Shown: positions 62,436 to 64,000 of the stretch, piece after piece
Layout of the letters: each line of letters starts with the position of its first letter
Position numbering within the stretch: position 1 is the first letter of the stretch
DNA from: Chloroflexota bacterium
Lineage (GTDB): Bacteria; Chloroflexota; Limnocylindria; Limnocylindrales; CSP1-4
NCBI GenBank assembly: GCA_021783095.1
Contig: JAJXUG010000002.1
Span: 29,286-93,285 of the forward strand
Direction: 5' to 3'
DNA: 64,000 bases
Translations under genes and position numbers: made by a program
Notes under the pieces: model-generated
Databases searched by the model: none
What the model was told of the DNA's origin: nothing
Seen by the model: the letters and a program-made list of their open reading frames with translations, nothing else

Positions 62436-63986
62436 CTAGACCTCGACCACGACCGGGAAGACCATCGGACGGCGCTTGGTCTGCTCGTACAGGAACCGCG
62501 ACAGCCCGTCCTTGATCTGGCTCTTGAGCAGCGCGATCTCCGAGATGCGGTCGCCGGGGTTGTCGACGGCCTGGCGGATCCGGCGGATCGCCTCCTCGAT
62601 GATCGGGTCCTCCTCGTTCCCGTGGACGAAGCCGCGGGTGATGATCTCGGGGCGCCCGACGACCCGGCCGGTCTGCTTGTCCACCTGGACCACGACCATG
62701 AACATGCCGTCGTTGGCGAGGGCGCGCCGGTCGCGCAGGACCACGTCGCCAACCTCGCCCACCGAGAGGCCGTCCACGAAGACGTACCCGGCGGCGACCG
62801 GCGTCCCGCGGCGGGCCGTCTTGTCGGGCAGGATCTCGATCGGGGTCCCGTTCTCGATGATGAACACGTTCTCGGGCTTCACGCCGGTCTCGATCGCGAG
62901 CCGCCCGTGCTGGACCAGCATCCGGAACTCGCCGTGCATCGGGATGAAGTGCGTGGGCTTGGTCAGCCCGAGCATCAGCTTGAGCTCCTCCTGGCTGGCG
63001 TGCCCGGAGACGTGCGCCCGCTTGATGGCGTGGTAGAAGACGTTCGCGCCTGACTTGAACAGGTTGTCGATCGTCCGGGCCACGTACTCCTCGTTGCCCG
63101 GGATCGGGCTGGCCGAGACGATGACCGTGTCGCCGGGCTGGATCTCGACGAAGCGGTGGTCGCGGTTCGCCATCCGGGCCAGGCCCGACATCGGCTCGCC
63201 CTGGGCCCCCGTGGTGGCGATCACCGTCCGGTGTGCCGGGTGCTCGTTGATCTTGTCCTTGGGCAGCAGCTGCGACGGGGCGTAGGTCAGGTAGCCGAGC
63301 TCGGTCGCGATCCGGGTGTTCTGCTCCATCGACCGCCCGACCACGGCAACCTGGCGGTTGAACGTGGCGGCCGCGTCGAACACCTGCTGGATGCGCGCGA
63401 TGTTCGAGGCGAAGGTGGCAACGATCACGCGGCCCTCGAGCCCCTCCATGATCTCGCGGAACGCCTCGCCGACCGTCCGCTCCGAGGGTGTGTAGCCTGG
63501 GTTCTCCGCGCGCGTCGAGTCCGAGAGGAGCGCGACCACGCCCTCCTCGCCCAGCCGGGCGAGGATGTGGAAGTCCGAGAGTTTGCCGTCGACGGGCGTG
63601 TGGTCGAACTTGAAGTCGCCGGTGTGGACCACGATGCCGACCGGCGTCCGCAGCGCGATGCCCATGGCGTCCGGGATCGAGTGCCCGATCCGGAACGGGA
63701 TCGCCGTGAACGGGCCGATCTCCAGCTCGTCGCCCGGCTCGAGCCCGATCAGGGGGTTGTTGTGGAGCTTGTGCTCCTTGATCTTGTTGCCCAGCAGGCC
63801 GCGGGCCAGGGTGCTGGCGTACACGGGCACGCCCGGGAACTCGGGCAGCACGTACGGCAGCCCGCCGACGTGGTCCTCGTGGGCGTGCGTGATGAGGAAC
63901 GCGCGGACCTTGTCGCGGTTCTCCTTGAGGTACGTCACGTCGGGCACGACGAGGTCGATGCCGAACATCTCCTCGTCCGGGAACAT
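62436..63986 (-). CDS. rnj: ribonuclease J (metallo-beta-lactamase / beta-CASP family)
   Basis: HAHEDHVGGLPYVL (motif HxHxDH) plus beta-CASP and C-terminal domains. 516 aa. Confidence 0.9.
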   Translation of the reverse strand: MFPDEEMFGIDLVVPDVTYLKENRDKVRAFLITHAHEDHVGGLPYVLPEFPGVPVYASTLARGLLGNKIKEHKLHNNPLIGLEPGDELEIGPFTAIPFRIGHSIPDAMGIALRTPVGIVVHTGDFKFDHTPVDGKLSDFHILARLGEEGVVALLSDSTRAENPGYTPSERTVGEAFREIMEGLEGRVIVATFASNIARIQQVFDAAATFNRQVAVVGRSMEQNTRIATELGYLTYAPSQLLPKDKINEHPAHRTVIATTGAQGEPMSGLARMANRDHRFVEIQPGDTVIVSASPIPGNEEYVARTIDNLFKSGANVFYHAIKRAHVSGHASQEELKLMLGLTKPTHFIPMHGEFRMLVQHGRLAIETGVKPENVFIIENGTPIEILPDKTARRGTPVAAGYVFVDGLSVGEVGDVVLRDRRALANDGMFMVVVQVDKQTGRVVGRPEIITRGFVHGNEEDPIIEEAIRRIRQAVDNPGDRISEIALLKSQIKDGLSRFLYEQTKRRPMVFPVVVEV

Positions 63987-64000
63987 CAGCCCGCAGTCGA

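Noticed and set aside
62435-62752. N-terminal 106 codons of the ftsK ORF (TTG 62752)
   Set aside because: Overlaps the 3' end of rnj on the same strand and is S/R/T-rich. The first in-frame GTG after the rnj stop is followed immediately by the expected RRRS...TM-helix FtsK N-terminus.
1-64000. CRISPR arrays, tRNA/rRNA genes, IS elements, integrases
   Set aside because: I saw no direct-repeat/spacer periodicity, no tRNA-like T-arm/acceptor patterns, and no transposase or integrase-like ORFs. These cannot be fully excluded without tRNAscan or ISfinder. The only repeats found are the short ones reported above.

Overview
This is a 64-kb segment of a high-GC (roughly 70%+) chromosome with Actinobacteria-type gene content. 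I found no rRNA, tRNA, CRISPR array, transposase or integrase by eye.

Conserved housekeeping genes sit at both ends. On the plus strand at the left are miaB, miaA, hflX and a small hypothetical. On the minus strand at the right are an NTF2-like protein, a Mur-ligase-family (MurC/Mpl-like) protein, a CinA C-terminal-domain protein, a RodZ-like HTH protein, ftsK and RNase J. Between them lies a roughly 50-kb segment of accessory-type content:

- **Beta-glucoside locus (5.1-13.2 kb):** a GH3 beta-glucosidase with two ABC permeases and a lipoprotein solute-binding protein on the minus strand, a divergent LacI-family regulator, and a CE7 acetyl-xylan esterase.
- **Toxin-antitoxin and restriction island (13.3-26.2 kb):** four type II TA pairs (VapBC, HigBA, RHH-PIN, Phd/Doc) plus a 938-aa MmeI-family Type IIL restriction-modification enzyme that keeps its nuclease and methyltransferase motifs. 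Five of these genes are co-oriented (antitoxin-PIN-RM-HigB-HigA). The island also holds a small secreted protein flanked by 23-bp direct repeats, a frameshifted gene remnant, and two paralogous Asp-box secreted proteins.
- **26-39 kb:** a ChrB-like protein, an XRE regulator with a membrane partner, HdeD, a standalone 5'-3' exonuclease, a secreted phosphoesterase-family protein, rocD, a VanW protein, a secreted papain/C39-like protein and a DHA2 MFS pump.
- **39-56 kb:** an AmmeMemoRadiSam trio (AMMECR1, radical-SAM AmrS, Memo); a GH18 lipoprotein; a CDF transporter; an ECF transporter with a fused double ATPase; a SAM-dependent methyltransferase; two MFS transporters; a DUF952 protein; a TPP-dependent acetolactate-synthase-like enzyme with a repeat-encoded acidic N-terminal extension; and YajQ.

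Many adjacent genes overlap by GTGA or ATGA, suggesting translational coupling. All calls below come from reading the translations and local sequence only; no database searches were run.
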